Shown here: piece after piece, positions 33,955-45,868 of the stretch
Numbering within the stretch: position 1 is the first letter of the stretch
How the letters are laid out: each line of letters begins with the position of its first letter
Virus record (IMG/VR): IMGVR_UViG_3300001598_000036
Span: 32,001-96,000 of that record
DNA from: a virus
Lineage: Duplodnaviria; Caudoviricetes
DNA: 64,000 bases
Reading direction: 5' to 3' (one strand)
Program-made: the position numbers and the translations under genes
Notes under the pieces: model-generated
The model's input: the letters and a program-made list of their open reading frames with translations, nothing else
The model's database searches: none
Told to the model about the DNA's origin: nothing

Positions 33955-35102
33955 AATTCAAAGTTACCTCCTTTCAGTTTTACCATATGACATTCATAAA
34001 AGTCACAAAATAAAGGATAGCATTTTTCTTGTAAGAATTTGAATACTTCTATTCCTTCTTTTTGACTCATTCTTTCATTTTCTGCGGAACTCCAATGTAC
34101 TTTATAATCTATATCTATATAGAAATATTTTACAAAACTATACATTGAATCAAATGGTTCTAATCGTCTAAAGAATTCTTCATCTGCGTCAAGCGCAAAA
34201 TGATAATAATGAGTTATTAGACGAAGAACTTGTATCCACATTTTATCTATAAATAAATTTTTATCATATCGAAGTAAAATGCGTTTGCGCTTACTTCGTA
34301 AATAAACTAATTGTCTAAAAATTTTAGGTAATCGTTCTATAAATTCTTCTTCTGTTTTACATCCATAAGTAACTAAATATTCAGTTTGATTAATCATAGA
34401 TGTTCCTAATGTACGCTGATAAAAATATACTAAATCTTCATCTTTCATAAGACCATTATATCTTAAAAAATAAAATTGTCCCATTGGATAAAATTGCGCC
34501 CATTTAACAAGAGTTTCTGTATCGTATGTATTCACAGGAAACTTCATACCAACAAATTTTTTAAACTTTTTATTAAAACTATTTTGTAAGTCTAGTATGA
34601 CTTCGGCGGCCTCTGGTATTTGACCTAAATCATAATCGTGTAAGATTAGAGTTTTGTTGTGTAATCCTTCTACTAATTGAGAAGTATAATTATTCCAAAT
34701 AGTTTTTCCATCTAGTGATAGACGTAGATGTTGCGCCCGCATCATTTGGTCAAAAATATTTGTCATTTTTCTATTAGTAGAAAAACGATTTCTAACTGAT
34801 TCATAAATATATCTATCTCCTCTTAATCGCTCTATTTCATCTGGAAGCGGAACGTATTTATCTGCCGAGAAGGCGCGGCCGCCGAATTCGATAGACGAAT
34901 CAGTTAGACAACTATCAAAAGTACCATCGTAATAATCTTTTCTATATATAATTTTAGAATATCTTTCTAAATCTAATTCAGTTATAAGTTTTACTAATTG
35001 TCTTTTATTTTTATAATAAGTAGACAATTTCATCAAATCAAGATTGAATAATACGTGATTATATTTTGCCATATCGGCGTCATATAAACCTATCGTAGCC
35101 AT
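33948..35102 (-). CDS. Hypothetical protein (N-terminus resembles phage radical-SAM-like family, no CxxxCxxC)
   Basis: 384-aa ORF; IGLYDAD...NLDLMKLSTYYK...FGG. Confidence 0.55.
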   Translation of the reverse strand: MATIGLYDADMAKYNHVLFNLDLMKLSTYYKNKRQLVKLITELDLERYSKIIYRKDYYDGTFDSCLTDSSIEFGGRAFSADKYVPLPDEIERLRGDRYIYESVRNRFSTNRKMTNIFDQMMRAQHLRLSLDGKTIWNNYTSQLVEGLHNKTLILHDYDLGQIPEAAEVILDLQNSFNKKFKKFVGMKFPVNTYDTETLVKWAQFYPMGQFYFLRYNGLMKDEDLVYFYQRTLGTSMINQTEYLVTYGCKTEEEFIERLPKIFRQLVYLRSKRKRILLRYDKNLFIDKMWIQVLRLITHYYHFALDADEEFFRRLEPFDSMYSFVKYFYIDIDYKVHWSSAENERMSQKEGIEVFKFLQEKCYPLFCDFYECHMVKLKGGNFELC

Positions 35103-35287
35103 TAGATAATTCCTATAAGAAATAATCCAAATAAAACTACTCCTGAACCAAACATTATAGAATAGAACAATTGCGCTCTATCAAAACTAGCTTTATCTGG
35201 TGTCTTGAAACTGTCATATTTTTTAAATGAACAGCCGCAGAATAAAATTAATACAATAATTAACCAAACAATAAATAAACCTTTCAT
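35102..35287 (-). CDS. Small membrane protein
   Basis: Two hydrophobic segments. Confidence 0.55.
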   Translation of the reverse strand: MKGLFIVWLIIVLILFCGCSFKKYDSFKTPDKASFDRAQLFYSIMFGSGVVLFGLFLIGII

Positions 35288-35288
35288 A

Positions 35289-38200
35289 TTATTCAATCTC
35301 CATTCGTTCTTCTTTTGTTATTATAGTTCCATTTTCTTTTATATCTGTAATAAGTTCAACTAAATGATACGGAGTTCTACTATATTTCTTACCTACGAAC
35401 ATTTCTCCACGTCTTATTCCAGTTACAATAATTTTATTACCTCGCGCGAGCCATCCTTTTTCAAGAACGTGCTTTTTACCATCAGCTCCTTTTTCTGATA
35501 TTTGTCTATCATACTGATTAAATACCGCACCAAATATTTTCACTGTAACCACTCCTTCAAGAGTTAATAAAGTTACTATTCCTTTATTTTTATCTTTATC
35601 AAGAATAGTTCCTGCTATTCTATGAATCTTATATAAAGGAACTTGTTTGCCTTTAATAGGAATATATCTATCAAGTATTGGTTCATCTGGAAGATTAAAG
35701 AAGTTTACTACGCCGTGACTCATTAAATCTGCATTTATTAATTCGTGTTCGTGTAGATAACAACTTATAGAGTCCATTTCCCATTTACTTAAACTACCAT
35801 CACAATATTTATTCCATAAATCATTAAATAGTTTATTATTTATTGATTCTAATAATTCTTCACTATGCTCTTTAACAAAAGGTCTTAAATTATCTTTTAC
35901 TTTATCATAGTGTTTGTCCCATACAGTTTGCTTAATCTTAAAATCAAAATCGCCTTCTGCTGGATATAATTCATCTATATCATAATTCTCACTAAAAAAT
36001 CTATAACTATTATCATCTAATAAATAATAATCATCACATTTAAATTTCTTTAAATACTTATTAAAATTAAATATCTTACAATCTAATTCATACTCTTGCG
36101 GCATTAGTCCAAAATCAATTAACATCTTCATATTTTGAAGTGTTACTCTTTTCTTTTTCTCACACGCTATATCTATATATTGTGTCATAGATTCCAAGCG
36201 GTCGCCGCAGAGTTCGTCAAAAGCACCAGATTTAATTAAGTTTACCATCTGCGGCTTATTGACTTTTACTTTATTCAAAAAATCTTCTACACTATCAAAA
36301 GGTCTTTTAGCAATAATATCTTTTACTATGTCTTCTCCTATTCTTGTCATTCCACTTAATCCATATTGTATTACATTATTCTCTACATCAGGAGTAAAAG
36401 TGAAGTCTGACTTATTAATATTTGGAGATATAATCTCAATATTTTGTGATGTCATTTTACCTATTGCGGTTGCTATTTTTCCAAAGTTTGTAGTTTTAGC
36501 TTTCTTCTTTTTCTTTCCATCTTTCATTACTACAACTTCTGACGGATAGCTATCTACATCTTCTTCATCATAACCATCTACAATATCATCTTCAGAATCA
36601 TCACTACTAAAATCTTCTATTTCTTTTGATATTGGATTAAGATTTTCTTCAATTTCAACTTCAAGTTCTTCTATTTCATCGCTTTCGCCACCACCGCTAT
36701 CAGCAATAAGACAAGCACAATTCCAATAAATAATTGGATAACGATAAGCAAGATTTAATTCTTGAAGTCCAATTAATGAATATGCAAGTGTATGTGAGGC
36801 ATTGAATCCATATCCTCTACTCATTGCAATAAGTACATTCCATACATACTTACATAAATCTTCATTTAATTCTTTTTCTCTAACTGTCTTTATATATTCT
36901 TTTGTTAGTTCTTCATATGCGGCTGGATTCTTTTTTGCTATTGACTTACGAAGTTTATCTGCCCAAGTCAGATTGAATCCGCCTAATTCTGGAAGTTGTA
37001 CTAATTGCATAAACTGCTCTTGGGAGATACACAAACCATATGAAAGATTCAATACTGGCTCTAATATATCTTTTGCATCTTTGCCCAACCCATACTGCGC
37101 GAGTTCTGCATCCCAACATCTTTTATCAATTTTAAATCTTGCTAATTTTTGAAGAGGAATCTCTGCTCCTTTCTCTTGCGCCATCAATCTAATTACTGAG
37201 TTCAAAATTGCAAGTTCGTCTACTGATGTTGGCTTTAATGCTGCAATACCTTGGATACCACTTTGTTGTTCCATTTGAAACAAATTCATTACTTCGTGAT
37301 TCCAACACATATGCCACATATCTTCTGCATCTCTTTCAAGATTATATATACCAATTGTATTCTCATACATCTCTTTTAAAGTATCACCTTCAATTCTCTC
37401 ATCTTTCTTCAATAAATCCAAACAATTATGGATTCTATCAAGAGCTTCTACTGAAAGAATATCATACTTAATAAGAGAAGCATCTTCACAATCGTGTAAG
37501 TCAAATTGTGTTATAATTTCTCCTTTTGGAGAACGCATCAATCCTGTTGTGTTAGGAAACGGTTCATCTACAAATATTACTCCACCTGCGTGAACTCCAA
37601 CACGACATATTAATCCTTCTATTGCTTGTGCCACTTCCCATAAATCTGGATAGTTTTCGGTCATTTCGTGCTGGAATGATTTATTCGGCGCGAATCCATT
37701 TTCTTCATCACCATAAAATGTTTGATGAAGCGTTCTTATTTGTCCTCTATCAGATACAATCATACCGGATAGATATTGAGCTATATCATTATCAATTCCT
37801 AATCCTCTTGCCGCAGTTAATATTGCTGCTTTTGATTTTTCAGTACCAAGAGTTAATACATTTGCTACTCTATCCTCTCCATAAATCTTTCTAAAATTAT
37901 GAAGTACGTCTGCTCTGCGGCCGCCCTCGATATCTACGTCAACATCGAGAACTGATACTCTCTCTGGATTCAAAAACCTCCAGCGATACGTTTTCGTCTT
38001 TTCTCTCAAAGGATTAATTTGAGTTATTCCTAATATATATAAAAGAATAAATCCTACTCCGGAACCACGACCGCATCCTACGAGTGTTCCACTATCCCAA
38101 CAAGCATCAATTATATTCTGTAAATTAAGAAAATATGCTGACCATCTTGAACCATTTACTTCTGATGATATCCAAGTATCTTCAAGACAAGCATTTATTT

Positions 38201-39316
38201 CATTATATGTTTCTTGATTATCAAATTCTTCATCATCTTTAATTCTATCAATAATTATTTCTGCCAATCTTTTATCTTCTTCATAATCTGATAGATAAAA
38301 GTCCAAAAGTTTAGGAATATTCTTAAACCATTTATCTTTTTCTGATGTTGATATATATGATGCTTCTTTCCAATTAAGACGAGGAATATTCAGCGGTTTC
38401 ATTAATGAAAAATCTTCGCACATATCTTTTATTCTAACAATATTCTGATAAGATTTTTCTATCCATTCAGCTCCGACTACATCATCCATATATTTATGAA
38501 CTTCTTCATCAGTCATTAAATAAGTGGTCTTATAAAATGAATCTACCTCTCTATCTCCTTCTTTTGAATTGAGATATGCTTTATGTATCTTTCTATTCTC
38601 CGGTCTTAAATAATGAGCATCATTTGTTATAGTTGTCGGAAGATTTAATTCTTCTGCCAGTTCTATAATTTTTTTATTTACATAAATTTGTTCTTTATCA
38701 TTTGAAGGTTGCATCTCTAAAAAGAAATTACCATCTCCAAATAATTGACTCATTTGCTGACACCAATATTTAATTTTCTCAAATAATTTTTCGTCTTTTG
38801 TTTCTTTATAACGAAGAAGTTGAGTACCTAGCGCGCCACCTAAACAAGCAGTGCATCCAATTACGTGTCCTGGATTCGCGCCAATAACGTCAAATAAATC
38901 GCTATAATATGTTGGAACTCTTTGCATACGTCTTTCAGTGAATGCTCGCATCCACGCGCGAGTTGAAAGCTCTCTTATTTGACGATGTCCTTCAGCGTCT
39001 TTTGCATAGATGCAGAAATGAAAGTATCTATCTACTTCTTTATTAAAATTTTTAGCATTTAATCCATTTCGACATAAATAAATTTCATTTCCTAAAATTA
39101 ATTTAAATTCTGGATTCTTTTTTTTAATTTTTTTATAATATTTTTCTGCTCTTAATGAAGATGCTATTGTTTCATGTTCAGATATTCCTACAATAGTATG
39201 TCCAAGTTCTATTGCTTTATCTATTAATGTGTCTACTTTATTGATGCTGTCTCTGAGACGGAAGTTAGACCTCAAGAGAAGTCCGTGTGATTATGCAAAC
39301 TACCCGGATACTTCAT
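35289..39316 (-). CDS. dnaE: DNA polymerase III alpha (DnaE-type), interrupted after codon 14 by an 8-nt insertion containing TGA
   Basis: PHP HNHTD only in the upstream frame from ATG 39316; GRGSG, LDVDVD, HAGG, KYDIL and YGFNASH motifs in the main frame. Confidence 0.9.
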
Positions 39317-40176
39317 TAGGCCTCACCCCCTTCTAAAATATTTTCAAGAAATAAATCACTTTTAGTATTAGTTTTAATTTTAAATTCCTCCCACTCTGTC
39401 CAAGTCATATCTCGTTTTGCCAAATTTTCAAATACAGTAAGAACTTGTAAATTATCAATTTTACTAGTACCTCCTTTTGATTTAGGTATTATATGGTCTA
39501 ATGATGGTTTTGCTAAATCATAAAAAGTACTTGATAAATTATTATTTTTTTGCCAAAAATTATATATTAAATTAAATTGCTTATCATTATATAATTGTTT
39601 TAATGCTTTTTTATATTCATTAATATCACATTCTAAATTATAATAATCATTAGCAGTTCTAATTAATATTTTATGTATATATAAAAATTTTTCAAAATCA
39701 TCTTTAAATTCTTCTAAAAAATCTTCATCTAAATTATCTCTACTAGATGCTAAAAATGCTCTCATTTTTCTATTACAACCACAAGTTAATTGATTATAAT
39801 TGCCATTATCTGATAAATAAGTAAATCTAACTTGTACATTCTTTTTCCCACATCTTAAACAATCACAATACATTATAGTTCCTTTATAATTTTTATCAAT
39901 TCTTTCATTTTTAGGAACAATTCCTGTAATATATAATTGTCCTTTTGTTAATCCTATATAATCTTTTGGTTGTTGTTTTTGACTTTTTAATTTTTTAATA
40001 TATTCTTCGCTATTAATATATGTTTTAAATTCATCAAAATTATAATCATATTTATTATTAGTATTAATAATAGCAGTAACTTTTCCATCTTTAATCCATT
40101 TCGACATAGTACTACGTGGAAAATCTTTTGCATAAATACTTTTATAATAATCATTAATTTCTTTCCAAGTTGCCAT
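39316..40176 (-). CDS. Free-standing HNH homing endonuclease
   Basis: PSLDHIIPKSKGG..IDNLQVL...N..K motif; CDC..CG segment; stop overlaps dnaE ATG. Confidence 0.85.
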   Translation of the reverse strand: MATWKEINDYYKSIYAKDFPRSTMSKWIKDGKVTAIINTNNKYDYNFDEFKTYINSEEYIKKLKSQKQQPKDYIGLTKGQLYITGIVPKNERIDKNYKGTIMYCDCLRCGKKNVQVRFTYLSDNGNYNQLTCGCNRKMRAFLASSRDNLDEDFLEEFKDDFEKFLYIHKILIRTANDYYNLECDINEYKKALKQLYNDKQFNLIYNFWQKNNNLSSTFYDLAKPSLDHIIPKSKGGTSKIDNLQVLTVFENLAKRDMTWTEWEEFKIKTNTKSDLFLENILEGGEA

Positions 40177-40211
40177 AATTCACCTCATATTAACACAATC
40201 TTATTTCCTCT

Positions 40212-40227
40212 ATCTATTAATAAGTAG
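40212..40227 (-). promoter_or_regulatory. Putative late promoter (CTACTTATTAATAGAT)
   Basis: Repeated motif ~35 nt before the HNH start. Confidence 0.55.
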
Positions 40228-40274
40228 TTTTTTATGAATAATGATTATATTAATTTCATTTTTATTCTATATAT

Positions 40275-40303
40275 ATTATACAAAAAATTTTTTTTCTTGT
40301 CAA
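40275..40303 (-). promoter_or_regulatory. Sigma70-type early promoter
   Basis: TTGACA-17 nt-TATAAT. Confidence 0.8.
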
Positions 40304-40328
40304 ATTTAGATTAAAAAGAGTAGATATA

Positions 40329-40556
40329 CTACTCTTTATCTGTTTCTACTATTACGTGTAATAAATTGCAAGTTTTAGTTGTACATTCTTTCACTTTTTC
40401 ATCAAAAATTACAGAATGTTCTTGTACTTCGCAAGCAGCACATTCTTCTTTTATGCAAGGCATAAATTCTTCTGTTGACATAACTGGCGCGGGATGACCT
40501 TGACCAAATATTCTATTTTCATAATATACTTTTTTTCTAAAAGGACAGTTTACCAT
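40329..40556 (-). CDS. Hypothetical Cys-rich protein
   Basis: ORF with SD; CPF...C..EECA. Confidence 0.6.
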   Translation of the reverse strand: MVNCPFRKKVYYENRIFGQGHPAPVMSTEEFMPCIKEECAACEVQEHSVIFDEKVKECTTKTCNLLHVIVETDKE

Positions 40557-40565
40557 ATTTATCTC

Positions 40566-43231
40566 CTAAAATACTAATAAATCATTAACTAATTCATAAC
40601 TATCTATAAATATCTGCGGCGTCACTCGACCTCCCCATTCGTTAAGATTAGCTCTACCAATAACTTCTAAATTCATTTCATCTTTTCCAGTTAATTCTTC
40701 AATCATATCTTTTGCGTGAAATTTCATATATGCTATTCCACCATATGTAATCTTTAATGTATCTTTTCTTGCGCCCATTATTTGAATATTAGTCTGATTT
40801 ACTTTGATATTCTTTACATAAATCATTGGCTCTGGAACATTAGTTCCCCAAATTCCTTTATAGTTATCTACATCTTTAATTAAATCTTCTAAATCATCGT
40901 CTGCGGCGTTTCGTATAAAATGTACGTCATATACTGATTCATTAAAGTCCATATCTTTGAGTATTTCATTAGCATAATTATGAAGTGAATCTAAATTATC
41001 ATCTTTAATTGATATGCCTGCTGCGTTATCATGCGTGATTCTTATAGTTTCCTATAAGCCTGACTATTTTTTACTCCTATAAAGGAGAACACCCATTTCA
41101 AACTGCGTACCAATAGCAGTCTTACTCTTCAAAATGAAGATAGTCGATACAGGTTTCTTGACTTAATATATTATAATTATATTCTTTGTTATTTCTAATT
41201 GGATATTTTAGACGTTCATCAAAATGATTTTGTCCTTGATTAATCATTTTTGCACTACTGCGTCCCCATCCAACTAATGCGCCTAATTGATTTAATGGAA
41301 TATCTGAAGAGCAACATTTCCATTGAATATATAAGGCTTTGTAATTATCTAAAACTTTTTCTTGAGGACGCAATGGATATATCAAATTATCTTGTCTCCA
41401 TGATGTTCCCTCATTAATGTGTCTAATAATATCATGTGTAATTTTATTATTATGTATAATTGTTTTTCTTGGTATTTTCCAATCTAACAATTGCTTAATA
41501 ATATTATTTGCTATATCAGAAGAAATTTTAGATGCTGGGTTTAGTTCTCCATTATAGTGTGGCGGCTCTTCTCCGCCTTGTGCAATATTATATCCATATG
41601 GAACCAAGCTATTATATAATTGGATAAATTCTTTTTCTTTTTCATTATAGTCCTCATACCAACCTAATATTTCAAATGAAAAATTTTGTTTTCCATATTT
41701 TACTAATGCTTTATGAATTAATGATTGGTATTTTTCGTTTTTAACAAGATGTTGTTGAAAACGTTTACTTGGATCAATAGATTGTCCTATATAAATTTTA
41801 TGATTTATAAGATTTTCAATTTTATAAATTGCTTTTTTCATATTTCCTCTTTTCCGTTAAGATTATTATTAAGTCAAGTTTCCCACGAGATTACCATATC
41901 TATGTAGACTTAGGTTTCCTCGTTAGCCACAATTGTGACCCCACTGGTTAGTGGAAAAGGTGTTATGGGCCATGGTCTTAACCCTGAACATATTCACATA
42001 ATTTACTATCCGTCAGTAATTGTTTAAAGGAAAATAATCCACTATTATTGAGTCCACGAATACTTCCTCTATCAAATCCTTCTCCATTTAATCTTGCTAC
42101 AATAGTTGGCTTTTTATACTTTGCCGCGAGCTTCATAGCAATTAATCCATTTAATACAGGAGGAAAATCTTCTTCATCAAGTCTTACAAAAAGAATTTTA
42201 TTTTCAAGCAAATCATATTTAAATATTTTTACTTCGAGTTCTTCTACTGCTTTATCCATCGCTTTATTTTGATGCGCGCGAGCATTAGTACATTCTCTCG
42301 CTGATTCAATAGCAAGAAGTTCATCTGTTCCTTTTGCGCCACGCTTATTACTTGGGACAATTCTTTTTCCATCTATAAAAGCACCAAAAAGTCTTTCTTT
42401 TTCTTCCATTGTACCTACACGAATCATTGCATTAATTAGCGGAACGATATAAAATGCTACGCTGATTGGATTTACTTCGCCGCCCATTGAATATGACTGC
42501 TTTTCAATAAGTGATTTAAAAAAGAAATTTGATACATTTTCAAAACCTTTTTTAATAATATATCTATTTTCAATATTTAAAAGACTTCCCATATCGCCAT
42601 CTATACCGAGGGCTGCCAAGTCGATAAAATCATCAGCATGAGTACATCCGTATGTTTTATCTATATATCTGCAAAATTGATATACAATTCCAGCTCCAGT
42701 TAAGTCTTTATTTTTATATTTTTCGCTTAATTGATTATTAATTATATAAGTATTATCACTAATTGGAACATCTGTTAAATGATGGTCTAATACTAAACAA
42801 GGAATATGTAATTTTTTTAATCTTTCATGATAATCATAATCATTACTACTTGAGTCTGGACATATTACTAATCCGTAATCTGAATGTTCTTCTATCCAAT
42901 CAATATGGTCTTCAAGACCGTGTTGTTTTCCTTCGTGTAATCTATAATCAATTTCTATTGAAGGATATAATTTTTTTAGATATAAATATATAATCGCTGC
43001 TGATGTAAATCCATCCACATCGCTATCAACAATAAGCAATAATTTTTCATTATTTTCGCATTTATATACTAATAATTCTGCGCCACCTTGTATATTATCT
43101 AAATCAGCAGGATCTTGTATATCTGATGGTAATGGATTTAGATATTGATTAATATTATCTATACCATAACTATGTAGTAGATTTTCTATATAATTTTCTG
43201 TAAAATTTTCATTAACTAAATGTGCTTTCAT
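40566..43231 (-). CDS. recJ: RecJ-like ssDNA exonuclease, spliced (exons 43231-41981, 41033-40566; 572 aa)
   Basis: DSDVDG, LDHH, GSIR motifs; joining restores QGHDNAAG (DHHA1). Confidence 0.88.
41034..41980 (-). mobile_element. Group I intron in recJ (947 nt)
   Basis: P1 GGGU/GCCC, terminal G, P7 GACUA/UAGUC. Confidence 0.88.
41122..41841 (-). CDS. Intron-encoded GIY-YIG homing endonuclease
   Basis: AIYKIEN...YIGQS...GYN motif; no in-frame TGA. Confidence 0.85.
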   Translation of the reverse strand: MKKAIYKIENLINHKIYIGQSIDPSKRFQQHLVKNEKYQSLIHKALVKYGKQNFSFEILGWYEDYNEKEKEFIQLYNSLVPYGYNIAQGGEEPPHYNGELNPASKISSDIANNIIKQLLDWKIPRKTIIHNNKITHDIIRHINEGTSWRQDNLIYPLRPQEKVLDNYKALYIQWKCCSSDIPLNQLGALVGWGRSSAKMINQGQNHFDERLKYPIRNNKEYNYNILSQETCIDYLHFEE

Positions 43232-43233
43232 TT

Positions 43234-44283
43234 TTACCTCACTCGTACTCGTTTGTCTAATAACTGTTTAAATGCTAACTCTCCTCTATCAAAAGGTGAT
43301 TCTTTCATATCTAATATATTTTCTCTATCATATATAAAACTTATATTTGTATAATTCTTATATTTAGAACACATATTCCATAATTTATTGAAATATATAT
43401 CTTCTCCTGGATTTTCTTCTTTATCAAAGCAAATTACTATTTCCTCTGGTTGACAATATTGTAATAGTAGTTTAATTTGATATATATTTATTTGACTTCC
43501 GCACACGGCGGCCGTTATATTCGGAAAACTAAACGATTCTGCTTGGAGTACAGACTTTTCTCCTTCCGCAAGAAAACACGTTTTATACCAAAACATATTC
43601 TCCCAATTTTTATTTAATCCATATAAGTTTAGTGATAGTTTATGTTTATATGTTATATCCTCTACTTTTATTGGCGCATATTTTGCATACGCAATATCTG
43701 AATCATTTAGCGCGCGACCTCTAATTCCTACTAATCTATCATTCATATCATAATGAGGAATAACTATTTTATTCTGTGATATAGAATAAAGTATATTAAA
43801 CTTATCCATAGCATCTTTTGATATATTATCATTTAACCATTCCGGTGGATAATACTTAATAAAAGTATCAAGTACATTCTCCGAATATGCCGCTAAATCT
43901 ATGGTCGGCCGCCTACGATATTTATCACTAACTCTTTTATAGCGTTCTAACTGTTCTAAATCATTACAATAATTAGAACAATTTTGTGCTACTTTTAATA
44001 CATCTTTCGCCCAATTAAAATTATAATTTCTAGTATTATAATAGTTCTCTAAAAATTTAAATATTGACATTCCTGAGCAAGAAGTAAAACAATAGAAGAA
44101 ATGATTATCTTTATAATAATATAACTTCATACTTGCTTCTTCTGCTTTATCATTGTGACATATAGTTGGAAAGATTATACAATTATCACGCTCTTCGTGA
44201 CGGTCGGCGCCGAGTTTATACATCAACTGTATAATATCTTCGTCTCTCAAATTATTTACTATTTCTTCATAATTAATACTCAA
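43234..44283 (-). CDS. dnaG: DNA primase
   Basis: Zn-finger CH...C..C, GIRGR, LYGL, EGEKS and FD TOPRIM motifs; next to helicase. Confidence 0.8.
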   Translation of the reverse strand: MSINYEEIVNNLRDEDIIQLMYKLGADRHEERDNCIIFPTICHNDKAEEASMKLYYYKDNHFFYCFTSCSGMSIFKFLENYYNTRNYNFNWAKDVLKVAQNCSNYCNDLEQLERYKRVSDKYRRRPTIDLAAYSENVLDTFIKYYPPEWLNDNISKDAMDKFNILYSISQNKIVIPHYDMNDRLVGIRGRALNDSDIAYAKYAPIKVEDITYKHKLSLNLYGLNKNWENMFWYKTCFLAEGEKSVLQAESFSFPNITAAVCGSQINIYQIKLLLQYCQPEEIVICFDKEENPGEDIYFNKLWNMCSKYKNYTNISFIYDRENILDMKESPFDRGELAFKQLLDKRVRVR

Positions 44284-45868
44284 TTATTTCACCTGTTATA
44301 ATATCAACCTTTCTATTATTTAATTTCTCTAATAATAATTCAATATCTGATTTTTCATCATCATCCCAAGTTTGAACTACAATATCAGGATGTTCAAAAA
44401 ATTCTTCAATCGGTTCCATTCTATTATCGGTTAAGAATAAATCTTCTTTTCTCAAAATACCTAAATCCATATTAGACCAAATACGAACCTGCGTCCATTG
44501 ACCATCACGAACTTTGAACATATCAGTTACCAAATTCGGCTCAATCATATTTATTTTTCCAATATCTTTTAATATTTCGAGTTCTTCTTTTGTAGGTCGC
44601 GCCATTACGCAACCATAATCTGCTTTATTAATTGTTGAACGACCACCAGCTAATACAGATTCATTTCTTATATTTGTGTTATCATCTGCTTTTGCATTAA
44701 CTTGAGTTGAAGTCATCATACATATATCTAATTCCACAGCCAAATCTTTTAATGCTGTTGCAAACATTAATAGTACTTCATCATTTCTTATTGCATATCC
44801 TTTAAACTCATTTAATAAACTTGGAGATATAAAGATATAATCGAAGAATACGTATTCTGCGCCGGTCATTATACAATTCTCACGAACTACTGTTTTTACT
44901 AGTTCAATAGTTGGATTAGGCATCTTAATCAAAGTTAAATTCTCTTTAAAAATTTCCATAACTTCTCTTGCTTGACGTACTAATTCTTCTTCTTTATCAT
45001 TCAAATCCCAATATTTAAATCGTGATTCATTAATTCCTGTTAGATACGCAAGAATCATTTTTCTAATTTCTTTAAAGCTCTGTTCAGTTACTATATAAAT
45101 AACTTTCTCATTATGTCCTGTCGGCTCCCACATCCAAGTCTGTTGATTAAATCTAATCGGAAACGCAAGATAACAACAATCTCCTACTGCATTTCTTGAC
45201 TTTCCGACACTACTGGCCGCAGAACGAATCGTTAAAGTTCCTTTCTTTGCGCCGCCAATAACTTCGTTAAATATATGTCCTTGAATTGATATACCAACAT
45301 CTTGTCTTTCTTTTAATCCGTCAAAGAAATCATCTAAATCATCTGCAACAGATTCTACTTCTACTTCTTCTGTTGCTTGATATTTATTTTCCAAATGAAT
45401 CATTTTCTTACGAATGGCGTCTATAATATCTTTCGCATCTAATGATTCAAACTTTTTGTTAATTTCTATTGCTTCATCAGAGAAATAATCCTCGACATAA
45501 AAATCACTTACATCAAATCCATCTTTCTTTAAATCATTTAATAGATTAATCTTCTTCAATCTATTATAATAATAAGGAAAATTCTCTACTTGAACCAATT
45601 CTTGAATATCTAACAAATATTCAATTCCGTTTTCTTTTTTAAATATATCTGCGGCAGTCGCATCAGTACTTAAAAAATTCTCTACATCAATAGGAGTTAT
45701 ATTAGTGGCGCCGCCTTGATACAAACCTGATATCGCCATAAATATATAACACTCAAATCTACTTGAGAAATCTGCTATCGTCAAATTATACTTATCAATT
45801 TCACTTAAATACTGCGGATGCAACATAATACTGCCTAATACTTGTCTATTTACCGCTTTATCTATCAT
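44273..45868 (-). CDS. dnaB: DnaB-like replicative helicase
   Basis: AASSVGKS Walker A, FFDYI, STQVN and KADYG motifs. Confidence 0.85.
   Translation of the reverse strand: MIDKAVNRQVLGSIMLHPQYLSEIDKYNLTIADFSSRFECYIFMAISGLYQGGATNITPIDVENFLSTDATAADIFKKENGIEYLLDIQELVQVENFPYYYNRLKKINLLNDLKKDGFDVSDFYVEDYFSDEAIEINKKFESLDAKDIIDAIRKKMIHLENKYQATEEVEVESVADDLDDFFDGLKERQDVGISIQGHIFNEVIGGAKKGTLTIRSAASSVGKSRNAVGDCCYLAFPIRFNQQTWMWEPTGHNEKVIYIVTEQSFKEIRKMILAYLTGINESRFKYWDLNDKEEELVRQAREVMEIFKENLTLIKMPNPTIELVKTVVRENCIMTGAEYVFFDYIFISPSLLNEFKGYAIRNDEVLLMFATALKDLAVELDICMMTSTQVNAKADDNTNIRNESVLAGGRSTINKADYGCVMARPTKEELEILKDIGKINMIEPNLVTDMFKVRDGQWTQVRIWSNMDLGILRKEDLFLTDNRMEPIEEFFEHPDIVVQTWDDDEKSDIELLLEKLNNRKVDIITGEIIEY

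Noticed and set aside
39267-39275. dnaE starting at TTG 39275, or an intron at this site
   Set aside because: That start would drop the HNHTD metal-binding motif and has no SD; 8 nt is too short for a self-splicing intron
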